Shown in pieces: positions 13,901 to 28,457 of a stretch of 64,000 nucleotides of DNA (position 1 is the stretch's first letter; each line of letters opens with the position of its first letter). Where the stretch lies: assembly GCA_965644265.1 (NCBI GenBank), contig OZ286460.1, positions 99,944,001 through 100,008,000 of the forward strand, in the 5' to 3' direction. Source of the DNA: Glycera tridactyla. Its lineage: Eukaryota. A model generated the notes under the pieces. It had not been told where the DNA came from. It made no database searches and was given only the letters and a program-made list of their open reading frames with translations. The translations under genes and the position numbers were made by a program.

Positions 13901-16900
13901 CATTTTGCATGTCCTGGAAAAATTGCTTGATGTCCTGGAAATGTCCTGGAAAAGTTATGGAAAAAAATTCTGTCAAACGTGTATGAACCCTGATAAAGGT
14001 GGTCTTTATAGGCAGTTTCGACTGTATATGCAATATGAGTGAGTCAATTCGGTGTCAGTTTATGCACTCTAAAATTATTATTGACTTCATTTTTAAATCT
14101 GAGGAACTCAAGATTTCACATGTCATTCATTCAGTGGTCATTCACGACAATATGGTACCATAGACAGCATTTACCAATGAAAAACATTGGTATCGTCAAG
14201 CAAGAAACTCATATGTAGAATTATTATTGTTTTATGCATGGAGGTCGCTGTTCACAGGGCCCCGTGATCCTTGCCTTGGGCCAGGAATATTCCAGCCCAC
14301 AAGCCTAGTTGGCTACTGGTGATTTTGTGTCAAAAAAAACACCTGATCTTCCTATGGATGATACTTGAGTATACATAAGGTGAATTAATGATTTGTCTTG
14401 TTCACTAGGTGATGATCTATTTCCATAATAATCTTTTGCGTGGTAACCGAAGTACTAAGGTTGACACAGGCTCCTTGGATGCTTTCAAGTCCCCCAATCT
14501 GTCACCACTTGCTGAATTAGAGATTGATATTAAAGGTAAGCCAGCTCTGCAGTAAAATCTCTCATAAATGTCCTGCTCATGAACGACCACCTCCACTATT
14601 TATTTTAGTAACTGTCTCTTCTCTATATCATACATCAATTGAATGATGCGGATCAACCATGATTACTTGTTCTTTCATGTACACATATAGTAAAACCTCT
14701 TTTCACAGACCCCTCTTTTGGGAGACTGCCCTCTTTTGAGAGACTGCTTTTCATCAGTTTATTTCTATTTGGCATAGTCTAATATACCTGCAATGAGAGA
14801 GCACCTCTTTTGAGAGACTGCTTGTGGTTGGCATTTGGGGTGGTCTCCCATGAGAGGTTTTACTGTGCTCTTCTACCATTTCATTATCTACTTGGATTGG
14901 TGATTTGAGAGTTATTGGTATTTCTTGAGATGAGTACTGTTAGCCATAAATGTCAAAAGAATACTCAGCCTGTGATGCTCCTTAATCTGAGTAATGAATA
15001 TGATGAACTTGATGATGAAGGACACACGTGAAACTTTGAAGTTATGGTTCTCATAGTGGGAATAGGATTTGTTTAGATGTTTCTCCCTCACTTTTCATGA
15101 TTCAGATTCGGGGTTTTATTATCTGTCCACTACCATATGTGTCTTATAAGACTTGATAAGAACGTCACCTCAGTAGGGAACAGCCCCCTACTCTGCAAAG
15201 ACTAATAGTATGTCATTCACATGCATGTGGACATCACTCGCCACCTTGATAAAAAAAAAGCCACCTCAGGTGCCAATTAACATGATTATTTTCTACAGTG
15301 GATGACCTCTCTACAAAAGCAAACTGTCTACAGACACCACTTTTTCACATGACTAAAGGTGGTCTTTGTAGACAGGTTTGACTGCATCTGCATTTCACAT
15401 GAAGTACTGGGAAGAGTCAGATATCCCTCACCACTGTGCATGAGTTGTTTGACCTTGTATCTAGCAGTACTAATATCCATGTTATCAGTTAAGATTATTG
15501 GCACTTGATTATAAGATGGTCTTATCCTATCGTTTACAAATATTTACGTAATGATATAGTGTAGTGGTCAGTTTTTTTTGGTGTGTGATGGCATTCTGAA
15601 GAATCACTTCCTGTGATTAGGTTTGAGAGGTTTGAACAGCATGATGTCTTCAAGGTTATATGTGCTACAGATAGTTTAAGGGAGTGAATTTTATAGTCAA
15701 CAAGCTGTTGCCTCTTCTAATCTGGGCATTTCAAGTAGATCTCAGTCATAAATCATACATGTATCTTAGAATCAGTCATGAGTGGTGATTCATCTCCAAT
15801 ACAATCAAATCTTTTATGTGAACCCCTCCCCCCCCCCCCCCCTCTCTTTCTGTCTTTCTCTCTATCTCTATCTATCCATCTCCGTTAGTCCCTCCCTCCC
15901 TCCCGCCCTCCCTCCCTCTTTCACCCTAGCTCCGTCTGTCTATCTGTCCATTCAGCACCTACCCATCTGTCCATCCCTCAGTCTGTCCAACCACCAGTGT
16001 GTCCATCTGTCCATCATCCATCATTCTCTCTCCCCCCCCCCCCCTTCAGCCACCTCTCTTAATTGGTCAAGTAATTGATTTGTGGGTGTAGTTGGGCAAT
16101 CAGACCTTTTTTTTTTAAGTGAATGTACATAAATGACACAGATGCAGTTTCCCACCTCATATTTTTCACAATTCCTCAAACATTTGGGCTCATTTAATTT
16201 GATAAATCTTTATCAGACTCTTGCTTTGAAGGTTCATTGTTACCATATCTTCTGAGAAATTATTAAGCTTTCTTTTCAGATTTTCATGAGGGTTGAATCT
16301 ACACAGTCAACCTTTACACTGTGTTTCTTTGTTGCAGTGAACTGGGATGCAGTCTTCCGGCCACTAGGCATTCACAAGTTTGCAGTTCACACAAAAATGT
16401 GTGCAAATGTTGGAATATTGAGGCTTTTTCCAAGCATCACCAAACAGTGTGTAGGTATCATAATGAACTTGTGCTTCAAAACCAATATAGTAGTGATTAA
16501 TGATCACTCCAGTCGATGAAATTCACAAATGATATAATTGGTATATCCATGATGATGCAGCAATTCTTCATCAGGAGGTGAGATGGCCTTCATAACCCAT
16601 TCAGGCTGTCTGTAGGGATCTAAAATTGGAAAACGAATTTAGATAGGCTTGGCAGATTACCTATTTATTTGGGTGTGTCTAACATGAAGTGCAAAAAGTC
16701 CACAAATGGTTTCTGGGTGATTACCAGGCCATTTTAGTGCGAAGGTCACTGTATGCAAAAAAAAAGCCTTGAAGCAGTCAGGATTATTATTCAATGTACT
16801 GGCCAACAGGAAGAGAGTGACTGGTGCTCGCAGCATGGCACCAACGCTCACTGGGTACATCTACCGGTAGTTTTTTTTGGCTTACATGATCATTGATCAG

Positions 16901-19900
16901 TTGTTACAATGCAAACAATTCCTATGACTCAACTCAACAGTCAACCTTTCTATGCAGCGGCACTTCACAGAGAGAGAATTTTCATGGTTCATCATCACCA
17001 GCTGTGAGAGACTGGAATAAAATCCCTACACCACCTCAAGTGAACAGGCCAGTCAAGTAGTCCCAAGATTAGGGTAAACTGAGGCAAGGTTACCATGAGT
17101 GAGGTGTCACAGCCAGGGTTGGTAATTGACACATTTATAGAATACTGTCATTGAATTTCACTCTTCATCTCACCACTATATCAATGCAAATGCTCTTACA
17201 ATGGAAAATTATTTTTCTCTTACGATGAACAGAAAATAGAAGCATCTTGCATGACTCTACTACATCCATAATTCATAAACCCACATAACTCATTTAGAGT
17301 CATATTTTTGCTTTTGAAAATAGTCAGTTCAGTAGGTATTCATCTGAATCTTTCACAGATATATGTGTAAATTTGACATCTCTGAACAGTCCTAAATTCT
17401 GCACAGTCCCCTGGTTAGTTGGGGATGAGGGGAAATCAGGGCCATAAAAAGATGACTGCTGGGAGCACCTGTGTATACCGGCGTGGATGTTGGTAATCTG
17501 ACTACTTTTGCCTTTCAAAGTTAAAACATGCCGCTAGAAAGGTTTAAGCCAGGTATATCAGTACATGTATCATTTGGTGAGTAGACAATTGCATGCTCTG
17601 ATCTGTTTATTGATAGCTGATCATCAACCTGCTTGAACCTGTGCTTAAATGCTGGAATGATAACTAAATAGTAGCTCTCAGTCTCTGGAAATGAAACCTA
17701 CATAATGTTAATTGAGCATTTCAATATACAGTAAAACCTGTCTTAAGTGAAGAGTCACGGGACCAAATTTCTCTTCCACTTCAGACAGGATTTTGCTTAG
17801 CGCAGGACAATTATGGCGAGAAAAAACATCCGGGCAGACTGTGGGGTATGTGCTTAAGACAGGATTTCGCCTAGCACAGGTTTACACTCAAGCAGGTTTT
17901 ACTGTAGTATTTATTTTATCAGAATGCACATATACATGTAGTTGTATGCTGTAATGGAATCAGTGATGTAGAATGCAATCATGTTGCACTCACACATGCA
18001 TGCATGCATGTACTTATACACTCACAGACACACATACACACTCACTTACCCACTCACTCTCTCACTTACTCATTCACTCACTTGCTTACTCGCTCACCCA
18101 CTCACTGACTCACTTATCCACACACTCACTGACTCTCTTACACTCAATCACTTATTTATATACTTACTCACACACTCACGCATGTACTGACTTGTTTACA
18201 CACACTCACTCATTTATACACTCACTCACGCATGTACTGACTCATTTACATACACTCACTCGCTTACTCTCTCACCCTCTCACTCACTCGCTTGGTTGCT
18301 CGCTCGCTTGCTCACTCACTCACTCACTCACTCACTCACTCACTCACTCACTCACTCACTCACTCACTCACTCATCCTTTGACCTGATTACTTACTAAAG
18401 TGTCTCCTTCCTGTAGGTGGAGGCATTTCTGCAGCCCCCTATGCAGGGTGTGGTGGTGCAGAGTTATGGTGCTGGTAATGGACCGAGTGAACGTAAGGAC
18501 CTGTTGGAGGTGTTCAAGCTCGCCTCAGAGCGTGGCATCATCATTCTCAACATCACCCAGTGCTCGCGTGGTGCTGTCTCAACGGCCTATGAGACTGGAA
18601 AGGTGGGTGCCACCGCTATTTTCTCCAATTTGTTTCCGATAGTGAAATTTTGAGCCTTCAGTGTAACTATCTATTTTGTATTGCACTTTCCAGACTCTTC
18701 ACTGGCCAGGCTTGAACAAGATATTCTTCTGATTTCACCATATTGTAGATGATCTCGACCAGACATAAATAACTGATATTTGATAGCAGATTCCATTCAC
18801 TTACTTGAATACCTCAACTTTCATAATATCGTCGAATATTTTTAGGTGTGAGCATGGAGATATCAAATTCAAATTTCACGTACACTGTACGCTTGAATCT
18901 GCTTGAGAGACCACCTCTATTCAAAGTTCACCTACCTACAAAGGCCTGCCTGAGCAATAACTGTGATAATATCTTCTAAAATAAACAGCATCTTTACAAT
19001 GCCCACCTGATTATAAAAAATAAACTTTTGATGTGACCAAGAGTCATCTCTTTATACAAGTTCGACTTTACTTCAGATACATGTAATTGAGGATGTCAAA
19101 TTATTGATAGACTCACATCAGTCTTCCTGGAATGCTGGTCTCTCCATCAATGGCTTCTGGGTTGGGCTGTAGTGCTAGTTATTCTATTGACTAAGCCCAG
19201 ATAATTGACTGATGTACCAAGTTTAACTCAAACTGTGGACATAAGGAATGGAAGATGACCTTTTTCTGTCTATGCCTCTACAGCAGGACTTGTGTACCCA
19301 CATATGTACCTGTAATAATCTCATCGTACAATGGAGATGACACAGATGATGGTAGATTAGCAGATAACTCTTCTTGGCTACGAGCCACACTTCCAAGATG
19401 GCCTCCCTGGTAACTTCTGATGTGGTTGCACTCCTCTAAACAATCTACTTATTCTCCCCACGTGGATTCTTCCAATGTGACAGTACCAACCATTGCTGTC
19501 CATATGAAGCACTATGGGATGATCAATTCTGACAGCTCCACCATCACATGAATGTGACATTTTCAGTGAAGTATCAGATGTTGAGTATTACATATGATGG
19601 GTGAGGATTCCTTTTTTGACAATTTCTCTCCTAACCCATATGATAAAAGCAATCACTGAAAACCACTGATAAAATCAGCTCTTGGAAGGAAGGCCAATGA
19701 TTCATTAGTCATCAAGCAAATAATCACTTGAGGTGAGCCAAGCAACAATGGTTTATTGGAAGACTTTGATATCTTCATGCAATACCTTTTCATCCCAGAA
19801 CCAGATCACTAAAAATTACAGTGTATCATGTCCTGTATTCAAAACCGAGACTGACCCAGCTTTCATCTATCACAATCAGGAACTTTGGCAGACTTGTCAA

Positions 19901-22900
19901 AATGGATGGATTTGTTTTGTAATTTGATACACTGATGAAGAAGGAGGTAAGGCTGTTCATTTGGTGATCAAGATTTCCAAATTTTGTCTTTGTGACCTAT
20001 ATGTCTGTTGCATGAGATACAGCCTTCCGAGATGTCAGACTAGTCCCTGTTGTGGAAACAGTAGAAATACTTTTAGGAGAGTGACATTTGTGTTCAACTC
20101 TCCTAAAACTTTGTGAAAATTCCTCACCTCTCAGAAATTCATTAATGACATTTCTCTGAAAAGTGCAGCTGGAATGATCAGAGAACAAAATTTTATAAAA
20201 TAGATATGTGCTTGGAAAATTGAGTTTCCTGTTTCAGTTTTCAAGATATTTACTCACAGAAAAAAACGCTGGCCCATCAGAAAACCCAAGTAGTTGGGAG
20301 GCTGGATGATATATTTCTAGAGAGGAGGAATATTCCATGAGAAAAGATGTGTTTGGTGAATATGGATACAGTTGAACCTGTCTATAGAGGCCACCTCCAG
20401 TCACATAAAATAGTCGACTTTATATGCAGGTGGTCGTCATAGAGGTCATTCGCTGTTGAAACTACTGTCACGGTCGCAGCTCAGGGTGGCCTTTTTCTTG
20501 ACAGGTGGTCTTTACAGAGAGATGGTCTGTAGAGCAGGTTTGACTCTATGTGATGTTTGCTGGGTCAGTTAGACCATGTCCTGTGAGTTTCTCAACCATC
20601 CATTTCCCCTCACCACACCTACACCAGATGAAATTATTGCTCATCATGAACCTCCTTAATTTTTGATATTATCTCAGGGAATCATAATGAGCATGCATAC
20701 CACACGGTCTTGATTGTGTATATTTGCTAAAAAAAAAAATGCTTTGTCACTCACGCCAAAAGTAAATTTCCACAGAACAACCTGCTATATTTCTTTCAAA
20801 AATGAGACATGATCTGAGAGACCACCCTAAATGTCGCTAAAATTTTGTCTCAAAAGAGGTGGTCTCTCGTCGGAGATATATTTGACTATGTTGAATGGGA
20901 AAGCTGCAATGAATCTCGTTGAGAGAGGGGGCGGTTCTCATCGCAGGTTTCACTGTATCTATATTATTCAATCATGTTCAGAGGTCAGATGAAATGTGAG
21001 GCCACTTGAATATTGACACCCTCATTGAAAGTCCACATCACATGATCAACTGTTGGACTTGACCCCAATGTTTTCTTGGCCTAGTTTTGCACCATTCTTT
21101 AGATTCCGATATTTATGCCACATCTTAGGTGACTCATCATATATGTGTATACTGTATATCATTTGTATATTTAACGAGGTTGAATGAAGATTATTCTATT
21201 GAATTCAAATCCATAGTGGCAATGTGTCCATCCCCTTACACACCTCCTCATATTGGAGCTTTTGGGGCTGAATGTCCTCCATTTGGGGAAGACCAGAACC
21301 AAATACATTATATTTCCCAGATTCATTTATCTGCATGATCTTGAGTGCAAATTCTTGTCAAATTTTCACCAGAATTTTCACTTTGACCATAGTTTCCTTG
21401 TGTGTGTCCATTCAACCCACTCCATGTACCTTTCATTTATTCATCCTTTTGACTTCATGTACTTTTGACATAGTTACTTTTTGGTCTGTCTCACTGTAAT
21501 GTTCTTGAAATCTTCATAAGAAAATATAGAAATCTGGCTGCTGAAGTGAACTTCCGTGTGTTGATATTGAGCAAACTGTGTCTTTACTTTTTAACCCTAC
21601 TCCGTCTCCTTAGGAACATATTGTGTTTGCATTGTCCATTGTGTACAACTCATAATCACAAAACTGCAAGGAGTATTACAACATCGCTATTTTGACATAT
21701 GAGCTGATTGTTTCTGGCAATATTCTTCGAGACAATACAACTGGATGCAGATTCTCTGTTCACAATATCTTTATAAAGTTCCTTTAATCTGAAATTCATA
21801 AACTGTCATTCGAACCTGTTAAAGACCTTTCAAGTGCATTATTCATTGATTTTAGTTAAATTATTCATTACTGGTACCTCACTGCTGTGGCAAATTACGA
21901 GAAGCTACTTTGTTGGGAAATCCATAAACAGTTATTCAAACCATTTTAAGATCTTTTAAACACAATTAAAATTGAGTTTAGTGAAAGTGTATCTTTAATA
22001 ATTCTTTACTGCAATGGCTGTTGATCATATGGTCCAGATTGATACTTAATGAAATTACAGTGGAACCTGTATTAAGCAACCACTTTTTCATTTCCCAAGG
22101 GGGGTTGCTGAATACAGGTTATATTGTACCATAGGTAAGGCCATGGAAATTATGTTGCAGATAGGGTGATGAGGAAAACAAATTTCCAGGCTCATAATTT
22201 GACTTCGCCTTGATGTATTATTGAGAATACCTTCAGCTGGTATATTTCCATCAATTTCTGTTGCAAATATGATGTCATTGTGTGATACATTCATTCAATC
22301 CATTAGGTCATTATCGGCACCCAATCCATGCCTCAATTCATCTTTGTCTTTCTCATGATTATGCCAACTATATGGAAATCACTCTCCAATCACTGTTTTT
22401 ATACCCCCCCCAAACGAAGTTAGGGGGGGTATACTGGAATCACCCCGTCCGTCTGTCCGTCTGTCCGTCTGTCCGTCTGTCCGTCTGTCCGTCTGTCTGT
22501 CTGTCCGTCTGTCTGTAGACGGAGTCGTTTCCGGATGATATCTCAAGTTTGCCTTCACTCATTGATTTCATATTACATATACACATCACCCATATAGAGA
22601 GGAGGAACCCTATTGTTTTTGGGGTCACTAGGTCAAAGGTCAAGGTCACAGGAGGTCACTTCATGGGAAATCACATCTTCGGCTCCTCTGACCTTAATTT
22701 TCAAGTAATTGCTCTCATATTTGGTATGTGAACAGTGTGTCAGTATCTATCTCACATAAGTTCCGGGTTTTATGATGCAATTGTTACTTTTGGCGTCATG
22801 GGGCTGAATGTTAAGGTCACTAATACAATCCATGTATGTACAAGCTGCCAGTGTGTAGGCAGAATGGTTTCCGGATGATTTCTCAAGTTTGCCTTGCCTT

Positions 22901-25900
22901 ATTGATTCCATATTACAGGGACACATTACCCATACTAAGCAAAAGAACCCTATCGATTTTGGGGTCACTAGGTCAAAGGTCAAGGTCACGGGAGGTCACA
23001 TCACTGGAAATCACATTTTTGGCTCCCCTGACCTCAATTCTTGAGCAATCGCTTTGATATTTGGTATGTGAACAGTGTGTCGCTATCTATTCCACATAAG
23101 TTCCGGGTTTTATGATGCGATTGTTACTTTTGGCGTCATGTCACAACCCATTTATAAGCTGCCTGTGTGTAGGCGGAATGGTTTCCGGATGATATCTTGA
23201 GTTTGCCTTCCCTTATCAATTTCATATTACAGGGACACATTACCCATACTGAGCAAAAGAACCCTATCGATTATGGGGTCACTAGGTTAAAGGTCAAGGT
23301 CACGGGAGGTCACATCACTGGAAATCACATTTTTGGCTCCCCTGACCTCAATTCTTGAGCAATCGCTTTGATATTTGGTATGTGAACAGTGCGTCACTAT
23401 CTATTCCACATAAGTTCCGGGTTTTATGATGCGATCGTTACTTTTGGCCTCATGTCACAACTCATTTATAAGCTGCCTGTGTTTAGGCGGAATGGTTTCC
23501 GGATGATATCTTGAGTTTGCCTTCCCTTATCAATTTCATATTGCAGGCACACATCACCCATACTAAGCGAAAGAACCCACTCGATTTTGGTTTCACTAGG
23601 TCAAAGGTCAAGGTTACAGGAGGTCACTTCACTGGAAATCACATCTTCGGCTCTTGACCTCAATCCTTGAGCAATCGCTTTGATATTTGGTATGTGGACA
23701 GTGTGTCGCTATCTATTCCACATAAGTTCCGGGTTTTATGATGCGATTGTTACTTTTGGCGTCATGTCACAACCCATTTATAAGCTGCCTGTGTGTAGGC
23801 GGAATGGTTTCCGGATGATATCTTGAGTTTGCCTTCCCTTATCAATTTCATATTACAGGGACACATTACCCATACTGAGCAAAAGAACCCTATCGATTAT
23901 GGGGTCACTAGGTCAAAGGTCAAGGTCACGGGAGGTCACATCACTGGAAATCACATTTTTGGCTCCCCTGACCTCAATTCTTGAGCAATCGCTTTGATAT
24001 TTGGTATGTGAACAGTGCGTCACTATCTATTCCACATAAGTTCCGGGTTTTATGATGCGATCGTTACTTTTGGCCTCATGTCACAACTCATTTATAAGCT
24101 GCCTGTGTTTAGGCGGAATGGTTTCCGGATGATATCTTGAGTTTGCCTTCCCTTATCAATTTCATATTGCAGGCACACATCACCCATACTAAGCGAAAGA
24201 ACCCACTCGATTTTGGTTTCACTAGGTCAAAGGTCAAGGTTACAGGAGGTCACTTCACTGGAAATTACATCTTCGGCTCTTGACCTCAATCCTTGAGCAA
24301 TTGCTTTGATATTTGGTATGTGAACAGTGCGTCGCTATCTATTCCACATAAGTTTCGGGTTTTATGATGCAATCGTTACTTTTGGCGTCATGAGGCTGCA
24401 TGTCAAGGTCACAGGGCACAATTCGCCTTCATTGATAGCGGCGAGGGGGGGTATTAATTTGCCTCTGGCAATAGCTCTAGTTTTGTCCTGGTTCCACTGT
24501 AGCTAAAATTTGGTTTGTTTGTGAAATTCCGGGTTATGATTTTATCATTTCACTGCCTGAATTGTTCTTGTTGGAAATTTTCCTGTATTCTGTCCATTGA
24601 AATGGAAAGAACATATTGTATTCACGGGAAGCTGATGCTCATTCGCCTTCTGCTATCTAAGGGGAATGCTTTTATCAAAGGTTCCTTTTTTCCGAATATC
24701 CTCAAGTTGATGAATTTCCTCTCTTCAGTGATTAGCAATTTAACAAAAAACAATAATATAATCGCAATTTATTGAATTCAGATCATATTCTGAGGTTAGC
24801 AGAACTCATGCGCTATACTCTAGGTTACATATATCAAGGTACAGTTGAACCTTTCTATAAAGACCGCCCTCGGTCGCATCGAAAGGTGGCCTTTATAGGG
24901 AGGTGGCCTTCATAGAGAAGTCATTTACTGTTGAAAGTACTACCACGGTCGCAGCTCACGGTGGTCTTTATAGAGAGGTGGTCTTTAGAGGAGGTTTGAC
25001 TGTATCAAGGTAGTTGTTAATGTACAAATGGTTTGAGTATTGCAATAATTGCATGGCATAAAGCACCTATAATGTATCTATGGTTCTAGGCTCTTCTGGA
25101 TGCAGGAGTGCTCCCTGGCTCAGACCTGACCTCTGAGGCCGCTTTGATGAAACTCAGCTACGTCCTCAGCTTTGAAGATGAAACAGTGGATGAGAAGAGG
25201 CAGGTAAGTGATATGTTGGTGGTTTTAGAACCACGCATCCTGAAATCTGCTATTCTTCCGTGACATTGTGTGTGAAAATGCAACTGTTATAAGAATGGCC
25301 TTGAATGAGCAATTCCTACCTGGTGCCTTTATATATTCTGCTGAAAATAAATTCTGTTATGTGACCACCTTGTGATCTATGCAGATTGAATCTCTTGCAA
25401 AACCTGCCACAGCATTGCATGTCAATATGCATCTTCACTCATCAAGATCAATATCTTCGTGGTAAGAGTGATCCCCAGTGACAGGTGATTAGGTGACACC
25501 ACATGATCACGATTCCTTATTTGATCGATGGTGGCCTTTGAGATGGTGGCACCTGCTCCATTGCTGTGTAATTTTGATGCTGGTATTCTTGCTAATCAAG
25601 TCATTTCAATATAAAAATGGTCCTATAATGTAACAGCAAAACTGCTGTGACTACCACAGCAACAGCAGTAGCAGTGATGATCCATTGTAATGGTAAAATT
25701 CCAGCATCTAGAGCAGTGGTGATGATAGCAGTTGCCATGTGGCATTGATAGGAGCAACCTCAGAAAAATGCACCTAAAACACAAATGCAGAATCTTGGGC
25801 AGAATCATGGGCTGTAGCAGAAGCAGCACCAGCAGCAGGAGTAGCAGCAGGGGCTGCCACAAAATCAGCTGAATAGTGGCAGAAGCAGTGGTTTCTAGTT

Positions 25901-28414
25901 CACTTGAATCAGCAATTCATAAGAATTGGATGTACAATCAGAGCTGCACGTCTTCTGACAGCTCAGCAGGCCCCTGTGGCCCATTAACTAGAAATATCAT
26001 GGTCATCTCCTATTCATCATTGGCTAATATGGACAAAAAAAGCTGGGCCAGCTGACCCATAATGAAAGGTGAAAATGAGGGCCAAAGGCCACCAACAGTC
26101 TGAAACTCTATTAGATTCACGCCTCACACTTCTGTGGTTATCTCAGATGCTGCATTATATGTGAGAGATTATTTGATAAATTGTGACGTAATGAGCATAG
26201 TTTCTGCAGCTGAGAAGAGTGGATGAACATCATCGATACAGTGAAACCAAACACCACACCTGATTGTCCTACCGTAGGATCTTGTGAGGCCCTGATCTTG
26301 TGAATATGACGGGGTTAATTTGTATGAGCAGTGACACTATTCAAAAGACCTGCATTGTTCGGTCTTCGGCACCAAAAACCAGATGATCAGTAGATTGAGG
26401 TGCTCTAATTTCCCATTTGCCCAATATTCTTAGATAGAGCTCTTCAGATACATTGGACTAGATACAGATATCACAAAAATCATTCTACATTGATAAAATG
26501 TTCATGAGAGCACCCAAATGATGGAAATTTTGTGAAAAACAGATTTGTTGATGGTCGCATAAAAAAATTCAGAAAAAAACCTGCTTGCATTCATAAAGAT
26601 GGAGCATGTGCTTGTCCCACATCCCCCGCCGGGTACCAAAGATATGTTGCATGCTTGGTGGTAAAACCCCTCCCGCTGCACCCCTTATAATATCAAGTCA
26701 AAATGCGGTTGTGGAGATGATTGCTGCTTGTCACCAATTATGGTATTTCGATTCAAGTGTTTGATGTTGGAGGGAACTGAATGGTGATTCATTTGTTACA
26801 TTTACTGATGGATGTTTGGTGTATGATCTTTTATTTCCTCCCCGCTACCTGTATGAAGCTGGTAATTATAATGAATTGAATAATAATATGTATTTGATAT
26901 ATTGATATTTACATATTGTATCCAAGGTCGTGGTCACTCAGGCCGCACTGATAGACCTTTGTGTTCAAGTCAAACCTCTTTATTGCCCATTAAAGGTCCC
27001 ATGAATTTGTACTATACTGTGATACTACCAATTAAGGAGTCTTATTTTAGGAAAAGTCAGCATTCATATTTTGATGTGAAAAATTCAACTTAGATGGCCT
27101 CATATATAATATGGCGTTCATCAACTTTAGTGTGGTGACAAACTTGTCTGCCATCTCAGCAGTGTGTTGAGGTAAGATGACTTGAATACAGAGCTACCTA
27201 TCCTAATTTTTAAATGGTGGTTTGACTTGACCACATCAGCACTCTTTTTTATTAGATGTATCAATATGTGGATATCTGTGACTATTTTCTTCATTGTGAC
27301 TATTTTCTTCAGAAATGAACCAGCATTATAAGGTGGTTATTAAGATTGCCTTTCACAAAAGCTTGCCATTTCTGTATTTACCCATGATTCATATGTACCC
27401 AGAAGCAGCCATATTCCGGCAACTTATGAATTGTGTTATTCTCTAAACATTACCTGTAGTCAGGACATTTCTTGAGAATTAGCATTCTCGCTGTTGGTCC
27501 AATTTTGAAGAAATAGTTCTATATTTATCAAATGTTTTTATATTGATGCTGTGTGATATTCATTAATATCTGCATATTATGAATGTATAGGCATCTCCGA
27601 TATTGTGCAGTCTTTTTCTTGTATAGGCCTATCAGTCAGTCTTCATTTCCAAAGCTATTTATCATCACAAATTGAATTACCAGACTCATGTTGTCCGACC
27701 CCACTATCCTTTTTCCTGCACTTTCCATTTTTTGTTTGAAATTATGCCAATCTGTCATTAATACCATTTTATTGGCTCGCATGCGAAGCAAAATGCGAGT
27801 CTATGTAATGATGCGGGTGGTCTGTCCGTTTGGTTGCGTCTGTCCGTCTGTCCGTCCGTCCGTCTGTCCATCTGTCCGTATCACGTAAACTTTTAGGTTA
27901 AAGTTTTGCGTACAAGTTTTTCTCTGAAGCCTCACTCACTTAATATTGCACCTACATTCTTCAAATTTTGTATACTTATGCATCAGTAGTTGGTCAACAA
28001 CATGGGTGCATTCGTTTCCATAATCCTTCCCATATAGTTGGCAAATTTTGAGGGAAAAGAAGACTTTTTTATTTGTGAGTTTGGAATTTTTTGAGACAGC
28101 TGAACCCATTCACTCTGTCTGCATTGCATAAGACCACATGGAAACTGACCATGCCTCTTTTGTTTCCCTGCCTGTGTTTGGAAAGACCTCTCCGTAATAG
28201 ACATCTATTCTGGAGTAATTAAATTTGGCATTCTTCGGAAACTGACAATGTCTCTCTTGTTTCTCTACCTGTGTTATGTAACACCTCTTCATAATCGACA
28301 TCTATTCTGGAGTCATTGATAATGGCATGTAGTCTATTTCATCCACTCTAAGGTCAAACACAACTTTGCACTCCAATTATTTCCTCAAATGTGTGTATGT
28401 ATGTGTGTGGGGGG

Positions 28415-28457
<43 letters not shown>

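Noticed and set aside
16451-16454. Alternative exon 7 donor at GTAG|GTATCA
   Set aside because: It would give phase 1, incompatible with the phase-0 start of exon 8
17973-18398. 141-aa ORF rich in HSLT
   Set aside because: Translation of the (CACT)n microsatellite
19100-20200. Coding-like - strand stretch with many stops (similar at about 30900-31700)
   Set aside because: Possibly decayed transposon sequence, but no family could be assigned without a search
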